This document shows positions 47,901-62,000 of a stretch of 64,000 nt of DNA, in pieces. The DNA is from Mizuhopecten yessoensis (Eukaryota), in the NCBI RefSeq assembly GCF_002113885.1, contig NW_018408895.1, positions 719,724-783,723 on the forward strand, given 5' to 3'. The position numbers and the translations under genes are program-made. The notes beneath the pieces are model-generated. The model was given only the letters and a program-made list of their open reading frames with translations. It did no database searches and had not been told where the DNA came from. The number at the start of each line of letters is the position of its first letter. Position 1 is the stretch's first letter.

Positions 47901-50701
47901 TACCATCAAATAGACAGCCTCTCACCCCGTCTATACCATCAAATAGACAGCCTCTCGCCCCTTCTATTCCATCAAATAGACAGCCTCTCACCCCTTCTAT
48001 ACCTTCAAATAGACAGCCTCTCGCCCCTTCTATACCATCACATAGGCAGCCTCTCGACCCTTCTATACCATCAAATAGACAGCCTCTCCCCCCTTCTATA
48101 CAATCAAATAGACAGCCTCTCACCCTTTCTATACCATCAAATAGACAGCCTCTCACCCCGTCTATACCATCAAATAGACAGCCTCTCGCCCCTTCTGTAC
48201 CATCAAATGGACAGCCTCTCACCCCTTCTATACCATCAAATAGACAGGCTCTCGCCCCTTCTATACCATCAAATAGACAGGCTCTCGCCCCTTCTATACC
48301 ATCAAATAAGCAGCCTCTCGCCCCTTCTATACCATCAAATAGACATCCTCTCACCCCTTCTATACCATCAAATAGACAGGCTCTCACCCCTTCTATACCA
48401 TCAAATAGACAGCCTCTCACCCGTTCTATACCATCAAATAGACAGCCTCTCGCCCCTTCTATACCATCAAATATACAGCCTCTCACCCCTTCTATACCAT
48501 CAAATAGAAAGCCTCTCACCCCTTCTATACCATCAAATAGAAAGCAAATTGTTTGGTCTTTATCTCTTCTCTATCCTGAGCTTCCTACAGAAGGTCTACA
48601 TGTTGTACAACTTGGAGCCGGACCGGACGGTGACTGGAGGACAATGGTAAAACGACCAGGACTTTGAGTCAGAATTTGTTGAGGTCCTCAATCAGCAGTG
48701 CTTCAAGTATCTGGAGCAAAAGGTTTGGTATATATGTCCTTAACCTCTCACCCCTTCTATACCATCAAATAGACAGGCTCTCACCCCTTCTATACCATCA
48801 AATAGACAGCCTCTCACCCCTTCTATACCATCAAATAGACAGCAAATTGTTTGGTCTTTATCTCTTCTCTATCCTGAGCTTCCTACCACTCCCTCAGGAG
48901 TCGACAGTAGTATAGAGCAATGTTTAATTAGTCATGTGTTTAGGTTGTTTTACAATGGATTCGCACATTTATTTCAAGATTGATTGGATGAATATTGGTA
49001 ATTTTCACACCACAGCTAGTAACGACAGGAGGGTGTTCAGTTTTAAAAACTTTATACTCCTATCTGCGTCACAAATACAGATAAAATACAAAATGTTATA
49101 ATAATCATAGGCATGCCGCAGAAAACATAACTGAATGATGTATGATGGTCTTGTTGTTATGTAAAAAGTAAATACCAAATATGTCAAAATCATATTGTTT
49201 GTCTACAGGCCACCATTGCAAGGGAGAACCAGATAGACCCTATAGCTCAGAGGAATGCAGCCTTTACCTCATTATCAGATGTATGGAAGTATATCTCAGA
49301 ACTGGGCATTAGTAAGGTAAGCTTTATGTGCTTGTGTTATTGGTCTTTGGACCAGGGTGATGATATTTGGCCGGTAACATGATTGGATTAAGGGCTACCA
49401 AGTTTGTTCAATTGAGTCTGATAGCATACGCGTACTGTGAGGGAAAGTTGAAAAGAACTTAAACATTTGGTTGTACAGCCATTAGATCAACAATATAAGC
49501 AACCAAAAATGTTGTTTAGTCCAAATAACAACAAGAACTAGTACACATTTATGTTTCCATTTGGAAACTGTCCATGTCTTTCTGTCTTATTGTCGAGAAT
49601 AATTTGAGGACCAATCATGGTGTGATGTCAAATTTGAATTATTATGGATATTCCCAAATGGTTTCTGATCAATGTTACATTTCCTGACAGAACTTGTAAA
49701 CATAGAAAAACACATTATTCCTGCAAAAACGTCTGTTCTACCATTACCAATACAAATTTGTTGTATTGATTAATTTAAACAAAAGGTAGAGTATCTTTTT
49801 AACATTGACGATAGCATACAACAGAATTCTGGTCTAACATATTTTGCAGTATTGGCTAATGCATGTCATATAATATTTTTGAACAGAACTGTGTTGCATA
49901 TCATCATGTTCAAAAGAAATGTTTCAGTCTTTAACTAAAAGCTAGAATATGTGTTCAGTATAAGGGCCACCACCTAGGGAGGTCCAATATGAATCATAGG
50001 GACTCTCCTTTACAGTATTAAACTTCTTTTCATTAGAGAAAATTTATACAGAAAAATGTTTTGAATCTGTGAAAGTTTCATATTAAAATTTCCGTAAAAT
50101 GGATTGCTTGCTACAAAAGTAAACCTGTTTAAGACACATCATTAGTGAAGTGAGTTTATAGAATAAGATAGATGGACTGTATAAATCACAAGTTCATTTA
50201 CTTATTTCAGGTCCAGCTGTCCGTGGATGACATTGAGACTATCATGGACACCCTTATATACGACGGCAAGGTAGAACGATCAGTAACAGCATCCTCCAGT
50301 GCTGGAGAGGCCAGCTCCAAGCTGTACCGTGCAATGAAATCACTCGTACCTACCACTGGACTCATGAGGATGCCTTGTGGATCTTGTCCTGTAAGTCAAA
50401 ATCTTGTGATATTTCTGGGTTTTCAATGCTTAAAACACAATTATGTACTCTAATTCTGAATGGCCTGAATGTTCCAACTGCCCTGAAATTGTCTGAAATA
50501 GTTTTTATTGTTTGATAAATGTAACAATACTTGTTAAGTATCATTTTGAATGACATCTTTTATGATGAATACACAGCTGTACAGTTATACATACACTACA
50601 CAAATCTGCTCTCTCTTGTACAGGTATTTAACCAGTGCTGTGAAGGAGGGCCAGTATCACCAACAAACTGTGTTTACATGAAGGAATGGCTGGAGTACTG
50701 A
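41931..50701 (+). CDS. POLR3F: DNA-directed RNA polymerase III subunit RPC6 (RPC39/C34), 9 exons, 311 aa
   Basis: Exons 41931-41989, 43781-43898, 44946-45013, 45641-45708, 46130-46242, 47258-47401, 49209-49316, 50211-50390, 50624-50701. Motifs GIWIRDIR, LESKKLIKAVKSV, VTGGAWYSDQDFESEFV, and the C-terminal Fe-S cysteines PCGSCPVFNQC..G..SPTNCVYMKEWL. Confidence 0.96.
42597..42969. mobile_element. MITE with ~27-bp terminal inverted repeats
   Basis: gggtacattcgcgtatccggttgaa ... ttcaaccgggatatgcgaatgtagcc. Confidence 0.65.
45237..45550 (-). mobile_element. CORE-type SINE copy with a 27-bp internal duplication
   Basis: Reverse-complement match to ~6280-6530; atttacagctgagtagactggaacaa is duplicated. 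Confidence 0.85.
47423..48544. repeat. 33-bp minisatellite, ~34 copies, in POLR3F intron 6
   Basis: Unit cctctcaccccttctataccatcaaatagacag; three more copies at ~48744-48842. Confidence 0.97.
48591..48722 (+). pseudogene. Duplicated POLR3F exon 6 (pseudo-exon) with in-frame TAA
   Basis: Copy of 47270-47401 with four substitutions, TAT>TAA at 48648-48650; flanked by tacag and gtttgg. Confidence 0.92.
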
Positions 50702-52390
50702 CCATAGATTGGACTGGAAACACACCAATGTATTGTGAAAAACTCATTCCCCTAGCAAATCAGTTCTGGGTATAGGCCTGATGGATGTCAATCGACAAAC
50801 TGAATGTTCTAACAGAACAGCAGTGTCTTAAAGGCTATAGACGAGAGGTCGGTATTGGTTCTGTTACGACTGAAAGCATTGAACCACAAAATGGCTGCGA
50901 GGAAAGTGCTTGCAGAATAAGGATTTTCAGATGTAAAACAGCTGCAGAAGACTAGGGAATCTCTTCTTTTGTTCATGGTGGTGCAGTTACAGAGAAAGCT
51001 ACAGGTATGTAGTGGGATTCATTGAATCAGCAGCTTATATGCTCACCAATGTGTCACAGGTAGAATAAACCTGAACACAACTTGTTTAAGAAGATGATAG
51101 AAGCAGAGACCATTGTTACTACATGTATGAAATATTTTAAATATTTATTGAAGACTGAATGATATTAAAAAATGTTGAAAATCTTTTGTTGCTAGTACTG
51201 TGTTGTTAATTTAGCAGATTAAACTAGCTGAGATATCATGCAGGGGCATTAGGCTATCAGGATTGTACACCCCTAAAGCATGTGCACAGGTACTGAAGGG
51301 AAATATTTTGATAAATCAGACCCTTATGACCTTTAATATATATCAAGATTATTTCTTTGTAGCACTCGGTGACAAGTTTCTTGCCAAATGTTACCCTATG
51401 CTTTCCCGTTCTTCAGGAAAAATGTTGAGCGTGTTGCGAAGCACCCCCTAGTTGCCCCGTTTATAGAAATATTTTCTTTTCTTTAACAAACTTTGTACAG
51501 CATATCTTAAGGGTACTTCATTAATATCACGACTTCAATCTGGTTTGTAAGAATATTTTATAGATGTCCGAAAATTTTCTCCTTAAAAAGGTGGCCCCCT
51601 TATCCTTTCCACATCTGATTCTCAATCAACTAAGAATAATTTCTGCAAATTTTGAAATATGTCCATGGCCAGTGGTTATGGAGAAGAAGTATAAAGAGTT
51701 GCAATAGCTCATTAGAGATAACAAACACAAACCAGCCTGAAGCCGATTCGACTTGGTACCAAGGTAATCACATTTACCATTTTCGTCATGGTTCCTTTAG
51801 TAGTAGTTTCTTGGAAACATCAGTTAAAAACTTAAATACAAAATCTATGATGACTGTCTGGCAGCTTTCTTTCTATCACAAATCGGAGCAAGGACAACTA
51901 GGGACAAAAAGGATCCTTCAAATCAAGTTTCATCAGGATCCCTTTATTGCTTGGTAACAAACTTTACTAGGCTGAATTTGGGCAGGCATAACTAGGGACT
52001 AAGCCCGGTGAAGGTAGTCATGTGATGTGTTTAGTCATGATCCCTTATTGCTTGGCAACACCACACTTTACACGCAATATCCATTCTAATAGGCTGAATT
52101 TGAAGTAGGCATAACTAGGTACTAAGGTAACCATGTGACATATACCATGTTTAGTCATGATCCCTTTAGAAGATCCGGAGAAACAATGGTTTACAAACTT
52201 CACATGCAAAATCTTTCTGAAACTTTAGTAAGTTCCGTTGCTTACCGACAGATTACGTGACCAAATGATAACTGCTAAATTATGTATGTTCATCTACCTC
52301 TGAACAGTTTAACGTTGTACTTGAGCTCAAAGGGTCCAGATGAATGCCAATATGTTGTATCAATCACTACCACAGACCACAGGCTTAATT

Positions 52391-52883
52391 TAACAAGAGG
52401 CCCATGGGCCTTAACGGTCACCCGAGTCTACAGTATTTATTTTTGTTGTTGAAATATGTACCAATTTGAGTAAAAAATAGTATAATGTTAACTTAACTTT
52501 GTCAGGACCATGAGCTGATCATTCCTAGACCAATTTTAAGTGAGATCGGCCTATTAGAACTTAGTAGCAAAATAGCGGCCATGGCAGCCAAATTGTATTT
52601 CTGATTGACCCGAAAAATAACAACACTTTGTCAGGACCATGAGGCGATCATTCCTACCAACTTTCAGTTCAATCGGTCCAGCAGAACTTGACTTTAAGTT
52701 TGAAATAGATTTTCAAAATGGCGGCCGTGGCGGCCATATTGGATTTCTGATCGACCCGAAAATAACAACACTTTGTCAGGACCATGAGGCGATCATTCCT
52801 ACAACCTTTCAGTTCAATCGGCCCAGCAGAACTTGACTTTAAGTTTGAAATGTAAAATGTTAACAGACGACAGACGATGGACG
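52391..52883 (+). mobile_element. Helentron-like non-autonomous element, internally repeated
   Basis: aacaagaggcccatgggccttaacggtcacc ... gacgacagacg ... ggtcaggtgacctaaaa; repeated ctttgtcaggaccatgag blocks. A 5' end fragment also lies at ~57993-58031. Confidence 0.7.
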
Positions 52884-55800
52884 ACGGTCAGGTGACCTAA
52901 AAATCTGTAATTTTAGTTCTTTGTATATTATTGACTATTACATCAGAAATGTTCATGTAATTTCCAAATATATATTAAGATTGATGATTTACATGTGTCT
53001 AGTCTCTGTACTCAAACTTGCAAAGACCTTACACACTTTTTATCCAACATCTAAATAAAAAAAAATCTGTAATTACTTCAGAGCAGAAATTACCATGTTT
53101 GGAATACCATTTGGACTTTCTATCATACGCTCATCAATCCTATATATAGACAGGACAATCATAGCACAGGAAACGTTTTTTTTATATTGATGCACAGGTG
53201 CTAGACAAACTAATATTATGAATATACATTATAGTATATAGTGTGTCCTTCACCTGTGTATTGATGCAAATTGAACCTGTATAACACTGTCCTCATGGTA
53301 GACAAATTCCACTGGTATAAACAGAAAGGTGACACTGACAAGAGATAACACCACAAACAAACTAAATAATGCTGTTTTATTTGAATACTGTAATATTATG
53401 ACTACAAATATATATCAGTGCATCTTCAAAGGATTATGCATCATTAATAATAAATCTCTAACAGGTTACATGGATTAACTTTTAAAAAAGATAACAGAGA
53501 AAAAAAAAAGGTAACATAAATCTTTGTGTATCAGTACCGATACAAAGAAGCCCATGCCATCTCCCTCACCTGTAGTTCAACATCTGCAATGAAGGCTACT
53601 TCGATAGATTGTATTAATATTTGCCAACCTTTGATTTTTTTTTAAGTCTACACATAAAGTTTATGATGTAAAATTCTGCCAATGTCTCAGATACACTTCC
53701 ATTTTGTATCTTTGAAAATGGTTAATTTTGGTAAAATTATATAAATAACAAACAGATAAACGACAGATATTGCACCAAGACAAGATCACTTCATCAGAAC
53801 AATACATTCTGGTTACAACATGCATAGTTGATTTAATTTAAAGCTATTTATCACAAATTATCACATATCATTTTTTTCTTTAACAAAAAATATTAATTTT
53901 AAATAAGACTAACATAATTAAAAAACTGACAAAAGAAATGCATTCACTAATGGTGTTGGCTTTAAAATGTACATGTAATCTAAGAGGTTCAAAGGGCCTG
54001 TATTACCAATCAGTTTTTGTTTCATTTTCCAACCTTACAAATTTACCAATAACACTCAATCTTTTACTATCGTAGAAATGAAAATAAACAACTTAAAGAT
54101 ATGTTCCTACTGACTATAACTTATAATCAATGAAACATCAAAGCTCATTTTGGTGACAAAAGACGTTTGTTTTGCATGTGTTCTGCATTCATCAAAGTTC
54201 TGACAGACATAGAACTCATTTATAATGAACTATAGTTTTCTAGTGTTCAACCATTTGAAAATGCATAATAAGGATGAATATCAATTCAACTTTTGTAATA
54301 TGCATTGATTATAACATGAGCTCATTTAGGCTAGGTTTAAACTAAAACATCAGAACAATTAGCAAACCTATTTCAGGAAAAATATCACAACATTTAATTT
54401 ATTGGATTTCTGAAAGCATTGTTTTTGGATGAACAACAAGTCCTTGAGGATAACATTTAGCACAATCATAAATTGTGGGAATTTCACAAAAAAAAATTCA
54501 AAGCAGAACAAAGTACATTTCTGGGGTGATATATATGACTGAAAAGAGTAATATACAGTAGTTTAGGTACCTTGATGAGTAATAACAATAAAGTATCGGG
54601 GTCGGAGTTGATTGTCAGCATTTCTTTTAATGGGCACTAAGGATGTATATGTTTTCCCCTTTTTATGGATCAAATGAAACTATTTCTGGATCAAGAGCCG
54701 TCTTCCTTGATCTGATTGAGCTGACAAAAAGATTTCAGCTGTTTTGTAAACCGTATACATTTTCAAACAGTACTGATACTTTAACTAAAGACAACCATAC
54801 TTAACTCATGGATGGAGATCAAAGCATGGCAACAGCAATACCTAATGTAATAAGAGTTCCATGGTTGCATCACTGATACAATGTAGCAATTTTAGTTTCC
54901 CAAACATGGACATGAAATTTTTCTCAACCTGATACTGTAAAACCATTTCACCTTAATTAAGTTATTGAAGTCATAACTGTTGATAATTCAGAATCTGCAA
55001 AATGTATTCTGTAGAGCAGCTATTGCCTCATCATTGAAGCAAGTATAATCTATACAGCACTTACAGTTACTCAGATATGGACAAAACAATTCCCTCTCAC
55101 AAGTTGCATGGAATGAAAGGCCCCGTTTCTTCACCCCTTGACCAATTAGTAGACCCAGGGATAAAATAAGGTTGAAAATATGCAGTCATTTGGGGGGAGG
55201 GGGGAGGAAAACTGAACATCCACGAACAAAACTGAAATTACACAAAATGCTGACCAAATTTGTAACAGGTGTACATCACCGTGTAAAATCACTATAACAT
55301 CTCTCTTAACAATGACAATACAAAGGTACCACATATAAATGATAGGATTGTATAACAAATTATTTGTAAAACAATAGAAGAAATCAATGTCACTTGCTAC
55401 TAATAATCACCTGCCGGGTGATACTAAATTGAAATAATTAACAATACTGTATATGATTAAATTATCACAATTGGTAAAAAAAGTGAACCTATAATGAATA
55501 ATTCTGTAGATTTCAAAAAGGTGTAGTTAATTATTCAACTTCCGCTTCATATGCCGTAAATTTGGTACAGAAATGTTGAACTGTGCAGATTGTGCATTTT
55601 TTAATAATAAATACCTTTGTGAATAAAAGATACCATTTCTGTTTGACCCAATGGACTGTATATGTATGTAATATCAATACATTTGTATTTCTCAGAATAA
55701 AATATGCTGAATCAAAATTTTATATCTGATGGTCTCAATAAAAATTCATAAAACAATAACTGATTATAGTCCTACTCATAATTATGAAATTCATTGATAC

Positions 55801-56407
55801 AATGACTGGGTTCCTGAGAATAGGGGCCTGGTCGTTTATTTGTAACAACCAGTTTGTCCATTTTTCGGTTATAAATCCTGGCGGACCCGCAAATGTTTAT
55901 GCAGGCCTTGTAAGGCTTTTTCAAGGCTCGCCTGAAAGTAGTATCAAGTGACTGGGTCCGACCTTAATTCATAAACAAACAACTTTGGTCCAACCGATTC
56001 AACCGTTTGGATGGCGATAAACGAAAACTACATATTTAGTAATAGATTAAACAAATTTAAAACAACTGTTTGGGACTATTTATGCATTGCAGAACCCTTT
56101 GTAACTTAAACAATACACTGAATTTATACTCTTAAGTTATTGAGGTAAGCTGCTGCTATTCTACAATCAATTTTTAGAATGAGAGAAAATTGTTTCAACA
56201 TATTGTATTAAAATATCAAGATTCATAACATTGTACATAAACAATTTTGTATTGAAACAAACAATTTTACAGAACAATACATTATTTTAGATTGATATTT
56301 ATAGAACTACATTGAATCATTCCGCACCGGATAGTTTGTGCATAACTGTTTGGCAGCATGGACAGTCGTTTTGTGAATTAAATACTGTAGCAAAAATTGT
56401 AATTGTT

Positions 56408-57180
56408 TGTATATGAAGAATTCTGTAAAATTAACAAAATGATTTTACAAAGAACCATTTTGGATCAATATCTAGTAATATCTATAAATTGGTTATGCCA
56501 TAAAGTAAGTACAGAAATATTTGGCTGAATGCTATGTACTTTAATTTGACATCAAATAATGCTGAGAACAAAAGTAATTTATTAAATCACACATCTCTAT
56601 TAAACCAGAGTCGATTAAACTGTTCTTGTGCAATTCAAAAAAATGAAATACAATGTATATGAAGAATTCCTTAAATTTAACAAAATAATTTTACATACGA
56701 CTATTTTGGATCAATACCTGGTAAAGACTCCACAATAAATTGGTTATGCCATAAAGTAAGTACAGTAATGTTTGGCTGAATGCTATGTACTTTAATTTGA
56801 CACCAAATAATACTGAGAACAAAAGTAATTGAGTCCACATTTTAAATCACACATCTCTATAAAACCAGAGTAGATTATACGGTACTTGTGCAATTCATTA
56901 AAGCTTCAAAAAAATGATATACAATGTATATGAAGAACTCCATAAATTTAACAAAATAATTTTACATAAAACTATTTTGGATCAATACCTGGTAAAAACT
57001 CCACAATAAATTGGTTATGCCATAAATTAAGTACAGAAATATTTGGCTGAATGCTATGTACTTTAATTTGACATCAAATAATGCTGAGAACAAAAGTAAT
57101 TTATTAAATCACACATCTCTATAAAACCAGAGTCGATTATACGGTACTTGTGCATTTCATCAAAGCTTAAAAAAATTGAT
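56408..57180. repeat. ~250-270-bp tandem repeat, 3 copies
   Basis: gtatatgaagaa...ttttggatcaata...ttggttatgccataaa...ggctgaatgctatgtactttaatttgac recurs at ~56409, 56656 and 56926. Confidence 0.9.
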
Positions 57181-59012
57181 ATATCTCTTATTATATGTAC
57201 TGTAATAATGTATGTGCTGGTACACATAAAACGACTGGGATTTCCTGGGAATCTGTTTATATGAAGACAACACGAGAGCAGAATCTCTCCCTTGTTCATT
57301 GTCAGGAATATGTCCCAACTAAAAACTCACAAAGGGGACAGCCTGACAAACAAATATAAAAACTTTGAAAAGAATAAATACACAGACTAGTTAGTGTTAA
57401 CATTTGTATCGTCAAACTAAACATTTCAACAGATGAATAACTGAACTTCATTCATCGAGACATTAACATAACAAAATTTGTTTTAGTAACATGTGTAAAA
57501 GATTTTGAATTAAACAGAGACAGATCTTCATGATTAGTACTTAACACTTATTTCCCAATACCAACAACATAATTCCTACTAAATTCCACTAATACTTATC
57601 TAATACTAAAAATTGCAAACTAAATAGTTTTAAAAATGCAAAATTGAATAAATGATTCTAGTGTATTAGATGTCTACAAAATAAACTGCATGCTCCTTTG
57701 CCTGTTGTGATTGGATCTATGTCTATGTAACTCATTTGACTCAATCATCCTGTATACTTTCGGGTATCCAGACGAAGGACAAAGGACCAGATTATTCCAC
57801 CATTGAAAACTATTTAAATCAGTGTTGGCTTAACCCTACTCCATGGATGTATAATAAAACAACAATTTGGGAACATTTCTTCTTTAACAGTAATAATAAA
57901 CTTCATTCACTGAAGACAGATGCTGTCAATAATCTATAATTTAATTTGATAGTTAGAATGAGAGGAAAATGTTCTAACACATTGTGTTAACTAAACAAGA
58001 GGCCCATGGGCCTAAACGGTCACCTGAGTCTANCTAGGTCAATTAGTGTTTTTTTCTTCAAAATTACTAATCATTATCAGCAACAAGTTTCATTTTTTGT
58101 AAAACATCTGTACATTTCTGACAAAAACTTAATACTCCTAAACTGTTCTGTTTCACATAATTTTGCTCAGTTCTCTGAATTTCCTATCCCAGATTGTAAG
58201 GATGCATGCGCATTCAGATTGATGTGTGTACATTCACACCATCGTTACATCAATTTAAATCTCTCAAAACTGTATCAATACAACCTGACAGTAATAGACA
58301 TAAATACCAGGAAATGGCCCAGCAAACAAGCTTCTGTGTATCAAGGTTTTAATGTTTACATGTACTGGATAACAAAAACAATTTTTTCAAAATTCAATGT
58401 TTTACAAAGTACATTATGAATATATAGGTAAACTGTTTAAAAGATTAATTGGCTAAAGCTGTTTTAACAACCATTGACTTAAATTTACAGTTTTTAACAA
58501 ATGATATCGGGGTAGGTTAAATATACTTTCTAGTAACACAAATAAGAAATTCTTCAAACCAAAAACATGTAGTTTTAAAATATGAATTCTTCAACCCCAA
58601 GGAAAAAAGCTGTTTTGGGAAATTTCCAACTTGGCAATCTCCATGGGATGGGAACAACATCAGAAGCTGTTTCAGGATATTTTTACATTGGGGTCTAGTT
58701 AAGATTCTTAATCTCGTTTCTATTCCATTTGAAACTTGTTCCATAATACTTGTCATTTTTCTGAGATCCTCTATATAAATACTTTGGTGTGTTAAAAGTT
58801 TTGTTGTAAATTGATGAAACATTTTAGAAAATCATTATGCTGTAGCGTTTATAATTACCCTTTGTGGTGTACCTTTTTAGAGAAATATATTGACAAATAA
58901 TCATTTATTCATCGACTGCATATGGTGTTTCAGGAATGACAATAGTTGAATATTACTATTGAAATATTACTTAGTAGACCTCAAATATGATTTTTTATTA
59001 TTATAAGTTGGA

Positions 59013-62000
59013 TTATGTATAAGTGACCTCCTCTCCAAGGAGTTTCATACTTTCAGCATACAACATGAATGTGACAGCATTAACTGGAAATGCTCTCAGG
59101 GCCACCATAGACAGACCCCGGTAAAACACGGACAGACCTTCTTGTCTGTAGCACTTCCGGGCGCAGTCTAGGAACCCTTTGAAATGCTTACCTTCACAGT
59201 CAGCCTGGAGACGGCTTTTCACCACATCGAATGGCATAATTGCCACCCAACTGAGCACACCAGCTATACCACCTGCAAAGAAATTTTGTACAGCAGATGG
59301 TATAAAAGGTAGTTTGCTAGATCCGTTGAATGTGAGAAACTCAAACACCAGGAAGTAGATCCCATTGGCAGGAATGTCCCTGAAACATTGTGTGGGCAGA
59401 CCTCGGTACATTCCTCTTAAGCCATGTAGTCTCAGGATGTCTGCAGCACCCTCCAACGGACCTTTGTAAAACTTGGCTGTAAGGGAAAGTGAAAAATTTC
59501 TTTGAACTTGTCCAGAAGATTTAATATCCAGCATTAACCTATTTTTATTTTATTTTCTATTTTTTTTAAAAGTTATTTTACATCAAGATTCAAAGTAGCA
59601 ACACAAAAAGGTGCTAAAAGACTGTCTGATAAACATGGCTACCGAGGTGCAGCAGACATGTTCTGCGTTGTCAAGTGACAATCACAATTTACGTACTGAT
59701 ACATATACTTATACATTGTATTTCATATTCAAGAAAAGCAGTACAACTGCACCTATCACATAAAATAAAGTATTGTGTGTACTGACCTCCTTGGACGTTG
59801 CCATGTGGTATTTGTGACTGTAAAACCACCTTAATGACCTCTGCTGGGCATGCTGGAATCAACTGGACCACGCCCCCTAAACAGCCTGCAAACAGTATCT
59901 TGAGGTAGTGTGGTGCATTATTTTCTTCCTTGCTTCCACCAAGCGCCTTCAATGTGTATCCGTACACTCCAAAGTACACTGAGTTGATGACTCCAGCAGA
60001 AAGCATGGGCCAGGAAAGTCCACGAAAAAACCCTGTCGACTGTGACAATTGTAAAAATACATCAATTCATAAACCTAATAATTTACATTGTGTTTGCATT
60101 CCTTGGAGCATGTACAAATACATTGTTCAAAGATATGTTGTAAATTAAACCTCACACAATTTGCATTTCTCATAGCTCAGTCCTAAACATCCTAGGTCAG
60201 GTTGTTCAAAACTGGATTAGCTAAACCAGTGCTTACAGGGTGTAGCTGTAGCCCAGGAGGAAAAAATAAAGTAAGTATAAAAATAAGATGTTATTTTATA
60301 CCGACATACATGATTTATGGAATCACATTCAGTATGCAAAGAGCAGACTTTTCTTTTTTCTTCTTGAAATTTGGTAGATACACCTGCGTACCTGCATTAA
60401 TGTAGCTATATGCACCTGGCTTAATGCAAATATTTAAATGCCTCGTTTGAGAGATATTTCCAAAAACCTATAAATTAGTGTGGTTTTTTTTCTCTTGTCT
60501 ATAAACAATAGCTTATATAACCTTCTGATCCCTTTACAATATACATGCTGGTTTAATTCAGTGCAATTTTTTATCAAGCTTTGAACTACTGAGCCATGTT
60601 TTCTAGCTGATCTGAGAAGCTCCCAGACCTGAAATCCAGGATCCCTCATAAAGCAAGGCCTGTGTCTAGCTTAATTTCATATACAAGTATCTATGGGAAA
60701 TTAATGCACTGTACATTTCAAATAATAACATGAACAGTTGTCAAGGTATCAAATATACAGTATTTGACCAAATAAGCATCCCAGTTGAACCAGAAAAAGG
60801 ACAGAAGCAGTTTAACAGATATAAGCCCATGCCCAGGAATGAGCCTACACCTGTTTTCACATTTCTCCATGGAAGGCTCATATATATGCTATTCTAATTC
60901 ATTTGAGATGTAACATAACATTTGATTGGTCATTCAAAATAATTAGTGATCATATAACCAAGAGATACTGTCTGCAAATTTCTAATTTGCATATGAAGCC
61001 TGAATGGTGATTGTTAATGACGTCAATGACTCCAATTGACCCTGACACGTCATGAAATAGATTATTCATGATGTCATGAACAATAGCATGACTGCGAAAG
61101 GCCAATGTGATGCCACCTCACTTTGAATATTCCTGATGTCACCAATGGTTTTGGCTTATTTGAATTAGAATGGGAACACCCGTACTGTATTTTGAAAATT
61201 GAGTTTTACTGGTGACGCAGAGTATAATCGCGATATACTGCCACAAATTTCAAAATACAGTAGGGTTATCCCCTAAGTTTATGGAGATATTTGACATAAA
61301 TATCTATATTTTCAAAACTATAATGAGCTCTATAATAGCTACGAAGACACAATTGAGTTGTACTATTTAATATTATAAGCATTCAATTTTCAAGGATCTT
61401 TAATTGTTAGAGTCTGTCAAAAAAATAATCTGTTTTACTCATTTACACTGTAGAATTGCATTTCATATTAATGAACAAGACAAAATTGAAAGTCATTTAA
61501 GTTCACTGTTTTTAGGATTTAAACAAAGTTCAGTTGAGACAGGTCTGAGGTCATACTGCACAAACTGTTGAGGAGTACTAAGTACCTTGTCATTTAAAAC
61601 AAGTCCTCCCTAATGATACTCACAAGTTTCTGTTTCCTCACTGTGGACACACAATCCAATAAAGATTTATACTTGTTCTCTGCGGATTGAACTTGTAACT
61701 GGACCTGTAGTAATAAAAAGATATTTGATTTCTAACGAAACACATCACTCTTTCTACGTCTTCCCCACACCCAGGTTTGGATTTTCCTCAAAATTAAATC
61801 TACAATCCTAGAGCACATCAGAAATAAAAATACCAAAGCTTTCAAGTTTGTAATGGCCGCTAAGGTATCTAGTGTCTTTATTAAGAACAAGAGGCCCAGG
61901 GGCCTTAATAGCTCACCTGGTATTTTATTTTCAATTTAAAACCTGCTGAGTACCATACAGGTTTATCAAAGGAGTACAAGAAACAAAGTTGGAAGATGAA

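Noticed and set aside
47343-48650. 435-aa (+) and 366-aa (-) ORFs
   Set aside because: By-products of a stop-free 33-bp minisatellite in POLR3F intron 6; the plus ORF starts out of frame within exon 6.
51000-58900. Short ORFs between POLR3F and the SLC25 gene
   Set aside because: No recognisable domains or consistent exon structure; AT-rich UTR, intergenic or repeat-derived sequence.
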